Of a stretch of DNA of 64,000 nucleotides, positions 9,976-18,037 are shown one piece after another. Within the stretch, counting starts at the first letter, position 1; every line of letters starts with the position of its first letter. This DNA is from a bacterium (GTDB taxonomy: Bacteria; Patescibacteriota; Minisyncoccia; UBA6257; GWB1-50-10), in NCBI GenBank assembly GCA_021814165.1, contig JAKAIX010000001.1, positions 77,623 to 141,622 on the forward strand, in the 5' to 3' direction. The notes beneath the pieces were generated by a model that saw only the letters and a program-made list of their open reading frames with translations, did no database searches and had not been told where the DNA came from. A program made the translations under genes and the position numbers.

Positions 9976-10051
9976 GCGTTCTACCATCCCGACGCGCTTC
10001 GCGGTCGGGACTCCGACCCCCGAAGGGGCGTCGGAGTTGAACTACATGCCC
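9976..10051 (-). pseudogene. Partial tRNA-Ile copy (positions 1-26) with a 50-nt double-hairpin insertion in the D-loop
   Basis: Reverse complement is GGGCATGTAGTTCA + [ACTCCGACGCCCCTTCGGGGGTCGGAGT CCCGACCGCGAAGCGCGTCGGG] + ATGGTAGAACGC. It then diverges with no anticodon or T arm. Confidence 0.7.
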
Positions 10052-10079
10052 AAATTACGATTTTGAGTGTAAGTGAATT

Positions 10080-10298
10080 CTACTTCTGAATCAAGTTTAA
10101 TTTTTCAAACTCCTGGATATTAAATTGAAGATGCGTCGGAGCGACGCTCGGCGCCTCAAGTGCGCCTTCCAAACTCGACCCCAAGAATACGATTCCGTAT
10201 ATCACGAATGCGCCCGTGATGAGCACCATCGCCGAGGCAAGCACGATGAAAAACATATTCTTGGAAGCCAGACGAATTGTTCTTATCTTCTCACGCAT
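10080..10298 (-). CDS. Hypothetical small membrane protein (72 aa, 1 TM)
   Basis: ORF with hydrophobic core FFIVLASAMVLITGAFVIYGIVFLG, immediately downstream of the 10304-10828 gene on the same strand. Confidence 0.35.
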   Translation of the reverse strand: MREKIRTIRLASKNMFFIVLASAMVLITGAFVIYGIVFLGSSLEGALEAPSVAPTHLQFNIQEFEKLNLIQK

Positions 10299-10303
10299 GT
10301 TAC

Positions 10304-10828
10304 TTAGCGATAATACACCCGCCCCTTAAGCGTCATCGTGAACCGTCCCTCGTCGTTTCTTAAAGAGACGTTATCGATTGTATTCAGATATTTGAAGGTT
10401 TCCATCGCTTTGAGGAACGCGAGCGATGTCTTGGTGTCGCTTCCTCCAAGCGCGAGCGAAAATCCGATCGATCCCAATCTATCCTTCGTCGGTTGCGTTT
10501 CGCTGGTAAAGGAAAACCCGTAGGTTAACTGATACTGGTTCGCGAGCGTCTGAAGCGACTGATTAAGATCGATAAGATTGTCATACGAAGGAATAATCGC
10601 CTGAAGCACGCTTAAATAGTTCTTTGCCCTTGAGTTATATTGGGCCTCGAGAAGCGCCTTGTCGTACACTTTTGAGGTCTGACTCGCGAGCAATTGTCTC
10701 GCCTGGGTAATTTTCAGAAGGTACTCACTGATGTTGCTTTTAAAGAAAAAAATGCCCCATAACAGCGCGACGATGAGTATAAGTGCGACACCGAGGTCGA
10801 TCCAGAGGCGTTTTTTGAAACTGTCCAT
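10304..10828 (-). CDS. Hypothetical membrane-anchored protein (N-terminal TM, possibly PilO-like)
   Basis: Start chosen at MDSFKKRLWIDLGVALILIVALLWGIFFF. One TM followed by a ~150-aa soluble region with no clear catalytic motif. Confidence 0.5.
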   Translation of the reverse strand: MDSFKKRLWIDLGVALILIVALLWGIFFFKSNISEYLLKITQARQLLASQTSKVYDKALLEAQYNSRAKNYLSVLQAIIPSYDNLIDLNQSLQTLANQYQLTYGFSFTSETQPTKDRLGSIGFSLALGGSDTKTSLAFLKAMETFKYLNTIDNVSLRNDEGRFTMTLKGRVYYR

Positions 10829-10895
10829 GGCTCTCTTCCTATTATAGCGTACTCGGCTTGAACCCGCATCCGTCTCATCGTACACTATACGCACT

Positions 10896-10953
10896 GGGCC
10901 GTTAGCTTAGCTTCCGCCAGAGGCGGACCAGCCTTTGGCTGGGGTAAGAGCGC
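10896..10953 (+). pseudogene. Partial tRNA-Ala copy (positions 1-26) with a 32-nt double-hairpin insertion in the D-loop
   Basis: GGGCCGTTAGCTTAG + [cttccgccagaggcgg accagcctttggctgg] + GGTAAGAGCGC. The first 15 nt match the tRNA-Ala at 11196 exactly. Confidence 0.7.
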
Positions 10954-10959
10954 AACCTT

Positions 10960-11205
10960 ATGTTCTCTGTCTATGTCTTAAAAAGCCTGAAAAACGGGAA
11001 GAGATATATTGGGTATACGAGCAAACCTCCACAAGTAAGGTTAAAAGAACACAATAATGGTTCGAATGCATTCACCAAAAATAACAAACCATTTGTGTTG
11101 ATATATTCCGAACAGTATAGTAATAAAAGAGAAGCCATCCAGAGAGAGCACTTTCTGAAATCAGGGAAGGGGAGAGAATTTCTGGATAACAGTTTGGGCC
11201 GTTAG
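10960..11205 (+). CDS. Small standalone GIY-YIG nuclease-family protein (81 aa)
   Basis: VYVLKSLKNGKRYIGYTSKPPQVRLKEHNNG...NKREAIQREHFLK is a GIY-YIG/URI domain. Its TAG stop codon lies inside the 5' end of tRNA-Ala. Confidence 0.75.
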   Translation: MFSVYVLKSLKNGKRYIGYTSKPPQVRLKEHNNGSNAFTKNNKPFVLIYSEQYSNKREAIQREHFLKSGKGREFLDNSLGR

Positions 11206-11268
11206 CTTAGTTGGTAGAGCGCCTCGTTTGCAACGAGGAGGTCACCGGTTCGAATCCGGTACGGTCCA
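11196..11268 (+). tRNA. tRNA-Ala (anticodon TGC)
   Basis: GGGCCGTTAGCTTAGTTGGTAGAGCGCCTCGTTTGCAACGAGGAGGTCACCGGTTCGAATCCGGTACGGTCCA. G3:U70 pair present, anticodon loop TTTGCAA. Confidence 0.9.
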
Positions 11269-11412
11269 CATACAAAACCCCCGACCCCTGGTCTAGAAAA
11301 CCCTCGGTTTCCCACAGCCTTCCGACACAGGGGTTTTGCTTTTATTTTGCGAGGCAAAAAATGCTGAATCCGAATGGGTTTTTTGAGAGTATTGTAGGTT
11401 GAATCGCAACCA

Positions 11413-11913
11413 TTGATAAAATCCCGTTCTTGTTGGATAATTTTACAAACGATATACATGGGTAATTTCAATCTGTTCAATCTTGAAGTGCATTTTAAGC
11501 CAAGTTTCTCGTTACGCTTTCGAAAAAAGCGCCTTGATAAGGTATCAGCAAATATACTTTTTATTGATGATTCAGATTGCCCTGTGGTTGAAAACTTGAC
11601 CAAGGCTGGTTGGTCGGTAAAAAAGATCGACGATATCGTAAATGTTCAAGACGAAGAAATAAAACGAGCCGACATAGTTTTTGTAGATTACAAAGGTGTT
11701 GGTATCGACCTTTCAGAGGAAGAACAAGGAATTAGTGTGATAAAAGCTATTAAGAAAGCATATGGTGATTCCAAGAGAGTTATCCTATATTCCGCATACG
11801 GACATTTTAAGTTAAGCATGAACATGCGCGTCGCCGATAATCAGATGTCAAAAAACTCAGATACATTTGAATTTATCTCTATGATTGAATCTGAGTTAGA
11901 GAAAATTAAATGA
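11413..11913 (+). CDS. Single-domain response-regulator receiver (CheY-like) protein
   Basis: REC landmarks: NILFIDDSD (acidic pocket), ADIVFVDYKG (phospho-Asp), KRVILYSAY (Ser/Thr), HFK (Lys). AT-rich island. The true start may be an internal Met at 11458. Confidence 0.6.
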   Translation: MIKSRSCWIILQTIYMGNFNLFNLEVHFKPSFSLRFRKKRLDKVSANILFIDDSDCPVVENLTKAGWSVKKIDDIVNVQDEEIKRADIVFVDYKGVGIDLSEEEQGISVIKAIKKAYGDSKRVILYSAYGHFKLSMNMRVADNQMSKNSDTFEFISMIESELEKIK

Positions 11914-12878
11914 CATTTTATCGAAGAAAAAATACGGGAGGTGAGGTTACCGCTACCAACATTCCGGAAAACTTTGATATATCTAGCTACACCACAAAAG
12001 AATTTAATTTAGGAGATGGAAAAATTGAGTTCATCACTAACGACTTAGAACTAGTAAAAAGATCAAAAATTTTAAGGAAAGTTGTTGAAACAAGCGGTCC
12101 AATAGTTATTTCTATTCAAGATAATTTTATCAACCAAATAAAAGAGCACTCTCACACTCTAAAGAGACTCCAGGGGCAATTGAAACAAAAAATAGAGGGG
12201 GTTGTAGATTGCAAAAAATTTCCTAACAAGAACCACTCTGAGCAACGAGAGATTGTGTCTAATGAGATTAAGTCAGATGTTAAAACAATAGCTGATGTAT
12301 TGATTTATTTACGGAAAAGAATACTTGAAATAGATGCACATATTGCTAGTTTCGAAATTATTCATATGGGAGAAGAAATTCAACTTGATATACGACCGCA
12401 TAACATTCGAAATATCATTATTAACATCCTATATGCCTTTGAAGATGAATCCCGGGGCACATGGATTAAACCTAGTTTCCAATTCACGAATGAGCTCGCC
12501 GAAACGAATAAAATCAAACTAGACTATAAAACAGTTAATACAGCTTTCTATAATTTCTTTGATAACGCAATTAAATATATAAAACCGAGCTCTGATATAA
12601 GATTCTTTCTTTCATTTCAGGATGGAGAATTTAAATTATTAATAACGATGATCAGCTTGAGAATTGAACAAGAAGAACTAGCAAAAATATTTGACTTGAG
12701 ATATAGGGGTAAAAATGCTGAAAAAGTTGAAGGATTGGGTATAGGAATGTATGTCGTCAAGAAAGCGCTAGAATTAAATAGATTTTCTATCAAAGTCAAT
12801 CCTGATTACAGTCACATGGAACATTTTCAAGGTAAGCAATATATTCTCAATCAGTTTGAAATTTCTGGGAGGGTTTAA
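11910..12878 (+). CDS. Cytoplasmic histidine kinase (HisKA + HATPase_c) with ~90-aa N-terminal domain of unknown function
   Basis: H box EHSHTLKRL, N box FYNFFDNAIKYIKP, G2 box GLGIGMYVVKKALELN. Start overlaps the receiver stop (ATGA). Confidence 0.65.
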   Translation: MTFYRRKNTGGEVTATNIPENFDISSYTTKEFNLGDGKIEFITNDLELVKRSKILRKVVETSGPIVISIQDNFINQIKEHSHTLKRLQGQLKQKIEGVVDCKKFPNKNHSEQREIVSNEIKSDVKTIADVLIYLRKRILEIDAHIASFEIIHMGEEIQLDIRPHNIRNIIINILYAFEDESRGTWIKPSFQFTNELAETNKIKLDYKTVNTAFYNFFDNAIKYIKPSSDIRFFLSFQDGEFKLLITMISLRIEQEELAKIFDLRYRGKNAEKVEGLGIGMYVVKKALELNRFSIKVNPDYSHMEHFQGKQYILNQFEISGRV

Positions 12879-12889
12879 TAATCGATATT

Positions 12890-13435
12890 ATGCCACCCTC
12901 AGTTGTAAAAACAATTCGTGATCTCGTCTATTGGGAATACGCAAAACTCATCACTGGGCGAGCAGTAGGTGATCGAAAAAATCGGCCATTCTGCATGCAC
13001 ACGTTTTTAAAACTAAGAAATGGGCAAATTCACCCTTCGACAATTCTTCGAGAAAATCATTTACTCGTCGAAGAGGGGACTGAAAAATGTACCTACTGTG
13101 GTCATTATAAGAGTGGACTAGAGTGGGAACATATAATACCAACTTCTCGTGGAGGACCAGACACTATCGATAACCAGGTCTTAGCTTGTAGACGGTGCAA
13201 TGCGGAAAAAGGCGACAAGTGTTTATATGATTGGTATGGAGAAGAAAGAAAATACGAAATCCCTCGTCTAGCTTGGGGTAAATATTTGAAGGTTATCTAT
13301 GATTTACATGAGCAAGTGGGTACTCTCGATTCAACTTGTTCAAGAACAAATGATCTAGATTGTGTTCTTAAAAGGGGCAGAAATAAGGAAAAATCATGGA
13401 AACGGTTCTCATCACGGGAGCGAGCAGGGGAATAG
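12890..13435 (+). CDS. HNH endonuclease
   Basis: CTYCGHYKSGLEWEHIIPTSRGGPDTIDNQVLACRRCNAEKGDK is a canonical HNH/His-Me finger with two CxxC pairs. The C-terminal ~15 codons read through an SDR gene remnant and may not be genuine. Confidence 0.7.
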   Translation: MPPSVVKTIRDLVYWEYAKLITGRAVGDRKNRPFCMHTFLKLRNGQIHPSTILRENHLLVEEGTEKCTYCGHYKSGLEWEHIIPTSRGGPDTIDNQVLACRRCNAEKGDKCLYDWYGEERKYEIPRLAWGKYLKVIYDLHEQVGTLDSTCSRTNDLDCVLKRGRNKEKSWKRFSSRERAGE

Positions 13436-13483
13436 AAAGAGCAATTGCAAAAAGTTCTCAATCTATCAAGGCCGGGCCTCGAT
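13395..13483 (+). pseudogene. Remnant N-terminus of a short-chain dehydrogenase (SDR), truncated
   Basis: METVLITGASRGIERAIAK is an SDR Rossmann TGxxxGxG-like start. It stops after 29 codons, inside a palindromic repeat. Confidence 0.55.
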
Positions 13484-13487
13484 AGAG
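13458..13487. repeat. Palindromic repeat family A (degenerate copy)
   Basis: ctcaatctatcaaggccgggcctcgatagag; compare the perfect copy at 52105. Confidence 0.7.
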
Positions 13488-13499
13488 AAGTAGATAATT

Positions 13500-14363
13500 A
13501 TGTCAGAAAAACAATTTATTAATTCTCTGCCATATATCAGTAACCCTGTGGAAGAGTTCAGGGATTTCGAGTTTGTGAGCTGGGAGAAGGAGATCTACCC
13601 GAAATTCAAGGGTATTTTAAAGAAGCAGGAAATCGACTTCTTCGTGAATATTATTACCGGTAAGAAATTGAAGAGTATTCTCGATTTGGGCGTCGGTGGG
13701 GGATTGGAGCTGGGCGGCATCATCAAAACGTTGAACGGGATGGATTACAAGCTAAAAACAGTTGAAGCGAACGAAGTAAACGATGAGTTCATCATGCAGG
13801 CAAGCACCTACTTCTACAGGAACAACATCCATGTGCTTATGCATAAAGGAAACTGGATCGATCTGCCATACGCGACACCGCCGTACGATCATCAGTTCGA
13901 TTTCGTGTTTTTGACGGGTAATTCTCTTTCATACCTTGGCGGAGGATCCCGCGAATATACGAAAGACGGAATTACAAGTATTATCGCGAAATTCAGTAAA
14001 CTGATTTCGAAAAACGGCTATCTTTTTATAGATACAAGAAACTTCGACTATATTCATTCACTTATGAACCTCCCCATCAAGGAAGTCGTGAAGAATTTCC
14101 ATTTCGACTACACCGTATACTATCACGGGAGTGAAAAGGATATTATCGTCTTCCCGGCATATATCAGCGATACTATTGTTGTGCTTCACTATTATGACGT
14201 GAAGCGCAAGGTATGGGGTAAACTTGATTACTTCCCGCTCTACGAGCATGATATGGTCGAAATTTTGAGCCATCATTTCGAAGTCGAGAAAATCTATCAT
14301 GACTTCTCCGAAGAAGCGAAGAAAAAGAGTATTTTCATCCAATACCTTGCAAGGAAGAAATAG
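13500..14363 (+). CDS. Class I SAM-dependent methyltransferase
   Basis: Motif I ILDLGVGGGLE and motif III-like FDFVFLTGNSL. A TPPY tetrapeptide is present, but overall the protein looks more like a small-molecule methyltransferase than a DNA methyltransferase. Confidence 0.6.
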   Translation: MSEKQFINSLPYISNPVEEFRDFEFVSWEKEIYPKFKGILKKQEIDFFVNIITGKKLKSILDLGVGGGLELGGIIKTLNGMDYKLKTVEANEVNDEFIMQASTYFYRNNIHVLMHKGNWIDLPYATPPYDHQFDFVFLTGNSLSYLGGGSREYTKDGITSIIAKFSKLISKNGYLFIDTRNFDYIHSLMNLPIKEVVKNFHFDYTVYYHGSEKDIIVFPAYISDTIVVLHYYDVKRKVWGKLDYFPLYEHDMVEILSHHFEVEKIYHDFSEEAKKKSIFIQYLARKK

Positions 14364-14499
14364 AAGCGCCTCAAAATACGTGCATATGCATAAATTTTGA
14401 GGATACTCTCTTTTCTGTCCGATTCTTATCATACAAACGTTTTCGTGATACGATTACAGAATTATGAGTTTTGTAGGTGAGATTTCCGTCTGATCCACA

Positions 14500-15066
14500 A
14501 TGAAACGAGAAGAGAAGATATTGCTTGCAGGAGCCAGTTTCTGGTGGCTGGGGGAGGGGTTGTTCGGACCGCTCTTCGCCGTATTTGCGGGAAGAGTGGG
14601 TGGCGATCTTCTCGACATATCCTGGGCCTGGGCAATCTATCTCTTAGTGACCGGGGTCCTGGAAATCTTCGTGGGCAAAATCTCCGACAAGATAGGCCAT
14701 GAGAGAATGATGATTGCGGGTTATGCTCTAAATGCTATCTTCACATTCTGCTATCTCTTCGTCCATACGCCAGCAGCGCTCTTCGCGGTAGAAGCCGGCC
14801 TCGGCGTTGCACTCGCACTTGCAAATCCCACATGGGATGCACTGTATGCAAAATACGAAGATCGACGTCGGGCGGGTCTTATTTGGGGAGTGGAACATGG
14901 TACCGAGGAAATTATCACCGGCATTTCCATATTTCTCGGCGGCCTCATCGTAAATTACTATTCGTTTACGACACTTTTCATTATCATGGGTATCATTCAA
15001 ACTATGGGAACCATTTACCAAAGTAAAATACTTCTTGTTCGTTCCAAGGCAACTTCTGAAGGTTAA
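14500..15066 (+). pseudogene. MFS transporter N-terminal half (TM1-6 only), likely truncated gene
   Basis: MFS motif A GKISDKIGHERMMIAG. Homologous in layout to the N-half of the full MFS at 23193-24449. Ends after ~6 TM. Confidence 0.5.
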
Positions 15067-15159
15067 TAATCACTCATAATCCATAAGGAGCCACGGAAAA
15101 ACGGCAATCTGGTATAATAACGATACAAGGTCGGTTTTTTCGTTTTCCTCAAATACAAA

Positions 15160-15408
15160 ATGGAGAAATGTAAACCAGTTGCCCTTGGCGTCGCAATAGG
15201 CGCGCTCTGGGCGTTATATATCTTCTTCTGCGGTATCACGGCGATATTCGGATGGGGCATTAATCTCGTTGACGTTTTCTCGTCGCTCTACATCGGTTAT
15301 GGCCCCTCCGTTCTCGGCGCCATCATCGGAGCCATTTGGGCTTTCGTGGACGGCTTCGTCGGCGGCGTGATTATCGCGTGGGTATATAACAAAATAGTAA
15401 AGAACTAA
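15160..15408 (+). CDS. Hypothetical small membrane protein (82 aa, 2-3 TM)
   Basis: Gly/Ala/Ile-rich TM segments, GC typical of the core genome. Confidence 0.4.
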   Translation: MEKCKPVALGVAIGALWALYIFFCGITAIFGWGINLVDVFSSLYIGYGPSVLGAIIGAIWAFVDGFVGGVIIAWVYNKIVKN

Positions 15409-15450
15409 CTTCCTCTGGCAACTTCGGCTACGGGCGTCTTTTTCCCGTGC

Positions 15451-16032
15451 ATGGTTTATGCACAGGAGTTTTTATGGTTTAATATTCCTATGACACACAC
15501 AACCCCCTCGGTTCCCGAAACAATCAGTATGCAGCTCGAGCGATACAGCAACATCTTCTCTGATTTTGACGCCCAACCGTATCCGAGTCGTACGCTTTCC
15601 GTGGACTTTATCGACGAACTGAAACGGGCCGCGCGAGACAAGAGGGGAGGAGAAATAGAACTTATCCTCCATATCCCGAAACAAGAATGGAACGAACCTC
15701 ATAATACCGCAATCAAGGAACGGCTCACGACACACTTCAAAAAGTACTACCACCTGTTTTGGGAAGAGAAACGCCGCATTCTAAGGATTGGGATAAGCAT
15801 GGTAGTCATGGGTATTCTTTGCATGGTTGCCGCAACGCTTATCGAATTCAAGGATCCTTCGAGAAATTTATACACCTCATTCCTGATAGTTTTTCTGGAG
15901 CCCGCGGCATGGTTTTTACTTTGGGAAGGAATGGATCAGATAATATTCAACTCAAGACACATGAGCGAGGATTTGGATTTCTACCGCAAGATGTCCAACC
16001 TGAATGGCCGCATCCATTTCAAATCATACTAA
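15451..16032 (+). CDS. Hypothetical protein with two C-terminal TM helices
   Basis: 193-aa ORF, no recognised motif. Confidence 0.4.
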   Translation: MVYAQEFLWFNIPMTHTTPSVPETISMQLERYSNIFSDFDAQPYPSRTLSVDFIDELKRAARDKRGGEIELILHIPKQEWNEPHNTAIKERLTTHFKKYYHLFWEEKRRILRIGISMVVMGILCMVAATLIEFKDPSRNLYTSFLIVFLEPAAWFLLWEGMDQIIFNSRHMSEDLDFYRKMSNLNGRIHFKSY

Positions 16033-16117
16033 TCTATCGGGATCATAATTTTGATAAGGTAAGTCCTACGTCGCCAAGAAAATGAATCAGTTACGGCTTC
16101 GATAATTTTCTTCATAT

Positions 16118-16435
16118 ATGACAATTCGTGAACTACAGAAGAGAGTAGGTGATTTTTCAAGAGAACATCACCTCGACTCAAATCCGGAGTATAAAATACT
16201 GGATACAGTTTCGGAACTCGGGGAGGTCTCAAAGGAAATACTTAAGATGACGGACTACGGCAAAAAGAGTATGGTGTTCAAAGATGAAGTGGGGCTGGAA
16301 CTCGGAGATCTATTATATTCGGTCGTTACCATCGCAAACTCGTTGAATGTCGATTTGGAAGAGGCGGTGGAAAATGCGCTCAAAAAGTACGGGGAACGCT
16401 TAAAGAAAGGCAGCCCGGGATCGGAAAATGATTAA
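16118..16435 (+). CDS. MazG-like nucleotide pyrophosphohydrolase
   Basis: Paired EExxE/ELGDLL helices (ELGEVSKEI...ELGDLLYSVVTIANSL). Confidence 0.7.
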   Translation: MTIRELQKRVGDFSREHHLDSNPEYKILDTVSELGEVSKEILKMTDYGKKSMVFKDEVGLELGDLLYSVVTIANSLNVDLEEAVENALKKYGERLKKGSPGSEND

Positions 16436-17237
16436 ATCAAATATGGAACTATTTCAAGATATCACAAAATTCCTCCTCACACTCTCGGAGGAAGCTGCGA
16501 AAATAATGTTGAAGCACTATTCCGCAAAAGGCATTCAAGTGACCATGAAGGGAGATATGTCTCCGGTTACCGAAGCGGATCTGGAAATAAACAAAATGAC
16601 TATCGAGATGGTAAAAAAATATTATCCCGATTACGAGGTACTCGCCGAAGAGGAATCAACCGAGGTAGAGAATTCTTCGAAGCTTTTCGTGGTAGATCCG
16701 ATAGATGGAACTCATATGTTTGCGATCGGCTCTCCGCTTTTTGTATTTTCCGCCGCAGTGGTAGTGAATGGCGAAAGTATCGCAGGAGTATTGAAAAATC
16801 CTCTTGCAAGAAGGACGCTCCTCGCGGAGAAAGGAAAGGGGACATACCTTATCGAGGAGAATAAGCGCGTATCGGTAAGCCAGAAGCAGAATTTTGAAAA
16901 AGCACTTATCAACTGTGGATGGAAGGAAACAAACCTGCCGAAACTCGTCCATGCACGGGGAGGACGAACTCCCCAAATATATACGGTATGTGAAGTAGCA
17001 TCGCTTATCGCGACAGGGGGATTTGAAGGAGAAGTTTTTACGGGCCCTTCAGCGCATGATATTGCCGCTGCAAAAATCGTTGTCGAAGAAGCGGGAGGGA
17101 AGGTTACCGATCTTTACGGGAAAGAACAACGCTACGATCGAGAAATTAACGGAGCTATCATATCCAACGGATATTTGCATGACGAACTTGTAACTATGAC
17201 ACGAGAAGCGGGATTAGAAATGCAGACCTCAATATAA
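16428..17237 (+). CDS. Inositol monophosphatase family protein (SuhB/CysQ-like)
   Basis: Metal sites EE (VLAEEES) and DPIDGT motif. Confidence 0.8.
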   Translation: MIKSNMELFQDITKFLLTLSEEAAKIMLKHYSAKGIQVTMKGDMSPVTEADLEINKMTIEMVKKYYPDYEVLAEEESTEVENSSKLFVVDPIDGTHMFAIGSPLFVFSAAVVVNGESIAGVLKNPLARRTLLAEKGKGTYLIEENKRVSVSQKQNFEKALINCGWKETNLPKLVHARGGRTPQIYTVCEVASLIATGGFEGEVFTGPSAHDIAAAKIVVEEAGGKVTDLYGKEQRYDREINGAIISNGYLHDELVTMTREAGLEMQTSI

Positions 17238-17243
17238 TCTTCC

Positions 17244-17684
17244 ATGTCTGACAAAGAACGTTTCAGAATCTATATTGCGTCATTTTTAATTCTTACAAAA
17301 GACAAAAAGATATTACTCCAGAGAAGGACAAATACCGGGTACGAAGACGGAAATTATAGTTTGGTGTCGGGCCACATGGAAGGCGGAGAAACCGCCGTAC
17401 AAAGCATAATCAGGGAGGCAAAAGAAGAAATTGGCATAACACTCAAACCGAATGATTTACAGGTTGTCCATGTCTTGCATCGCTTGAGCTCCGATCGTGA
17501 ATATATAAACGTGTTTTTGAAAACCGACAGGTGGGAAGGGGAAATCATAAATGCGGAGCCGGAAAAATGCGACGACCTACGCTGGTTTTTGCCCGATGAA
17601 CTACCCGAGAATATGATACGAGGAGTCCGATTTGCCCTGGAGAACATAGCAAAGGGAACCTTTTATAGCGAGCTTGGATGGTAA
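17244..17684 (+). CDS. NUDIX hydrolase
   Basis: Nudix box GHMEGGETAVQSIIREAKEEIGI. Confidence 0.8.
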   Translation: MSDKERFRIYIASFLILTKDKKILLQRRTNTGYEDGNYSLVSGHMEGGETAVQSIIREAKEEIGITLKPNDLQVVHVLHRLSSDREYINVFLKTDRWEGEIINAEPEKCDDLRWFLPDELPENMIRGVRFALENIAKGTFYSELGW

Positions 17685-17772
17685 TGTGATTAATCATCAC
17701 CAAATCATGGTTTCGATTGGTTGTTTTGATTCCAAAAAATGATATCCTTACAGTATAGAGAATCGCACGGAG

Positions 17773-17982
17773 GTGCAGATGCTTTACATCGAAACGGAGA
17801 AAGGAAAACTTTCTCTTCCTCAAACCAAGGAAAGTATGAGATTACTTTCCGCTGCGGAGAAACGAGAAATAGAAAAACCAGTCAAGCTGATCATTCTAAC
17901 AGAGGAAGAGACAGAATCAGAAATCCCTCTCGTGAGAGCAATTATTAAGGAGCTCGGCGGGAGAGAGATACTATCAGTTTAA
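17773..17982 (+). CDS. Hypothetical small protein (69 aa)
   Basis: ORF followed immediately by a clean intrinsic terminator. Confidence 0.35.
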   Translation: MQMLYIETEKGKLSLPQTKESMRLLSAAEKREIEKPVKLIILTEEETESEIPLVRAIIKELGGREILSV

Positions 17983-17987
17983 GGAAT

Positions 17988-18011
17988 AAACCCGCGATTT
18001 TTGCGGGTTTT
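17988..18011 (+). terminator. Intrinsic terminator
   Basis: aaacccgcgatttttgcgggtttt is a GC stem plus T tract. Confidence 0.7.
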
Positions 18012-18037
18012 CCACTTAGAGTTGGTATAATAGAACC

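Noticed and set aside
9863-10066. 67-aa + ORF covering the partial tRNA-Ile fragment
   Set aside because: Its reading frame runs through the tRNA-derived hairpins and is AT-rich, so it is probably not coding.
13500-14363. Calling the methyltransferase a DNA N6-adenine MTase on the basis of TPPY
   Set aside because: The tetrapeptide has a non-canonical first residue, and motif III (FDFVFLTGNSL) looks like a small-molecule methyltransferase. This was left open rather than asserted.
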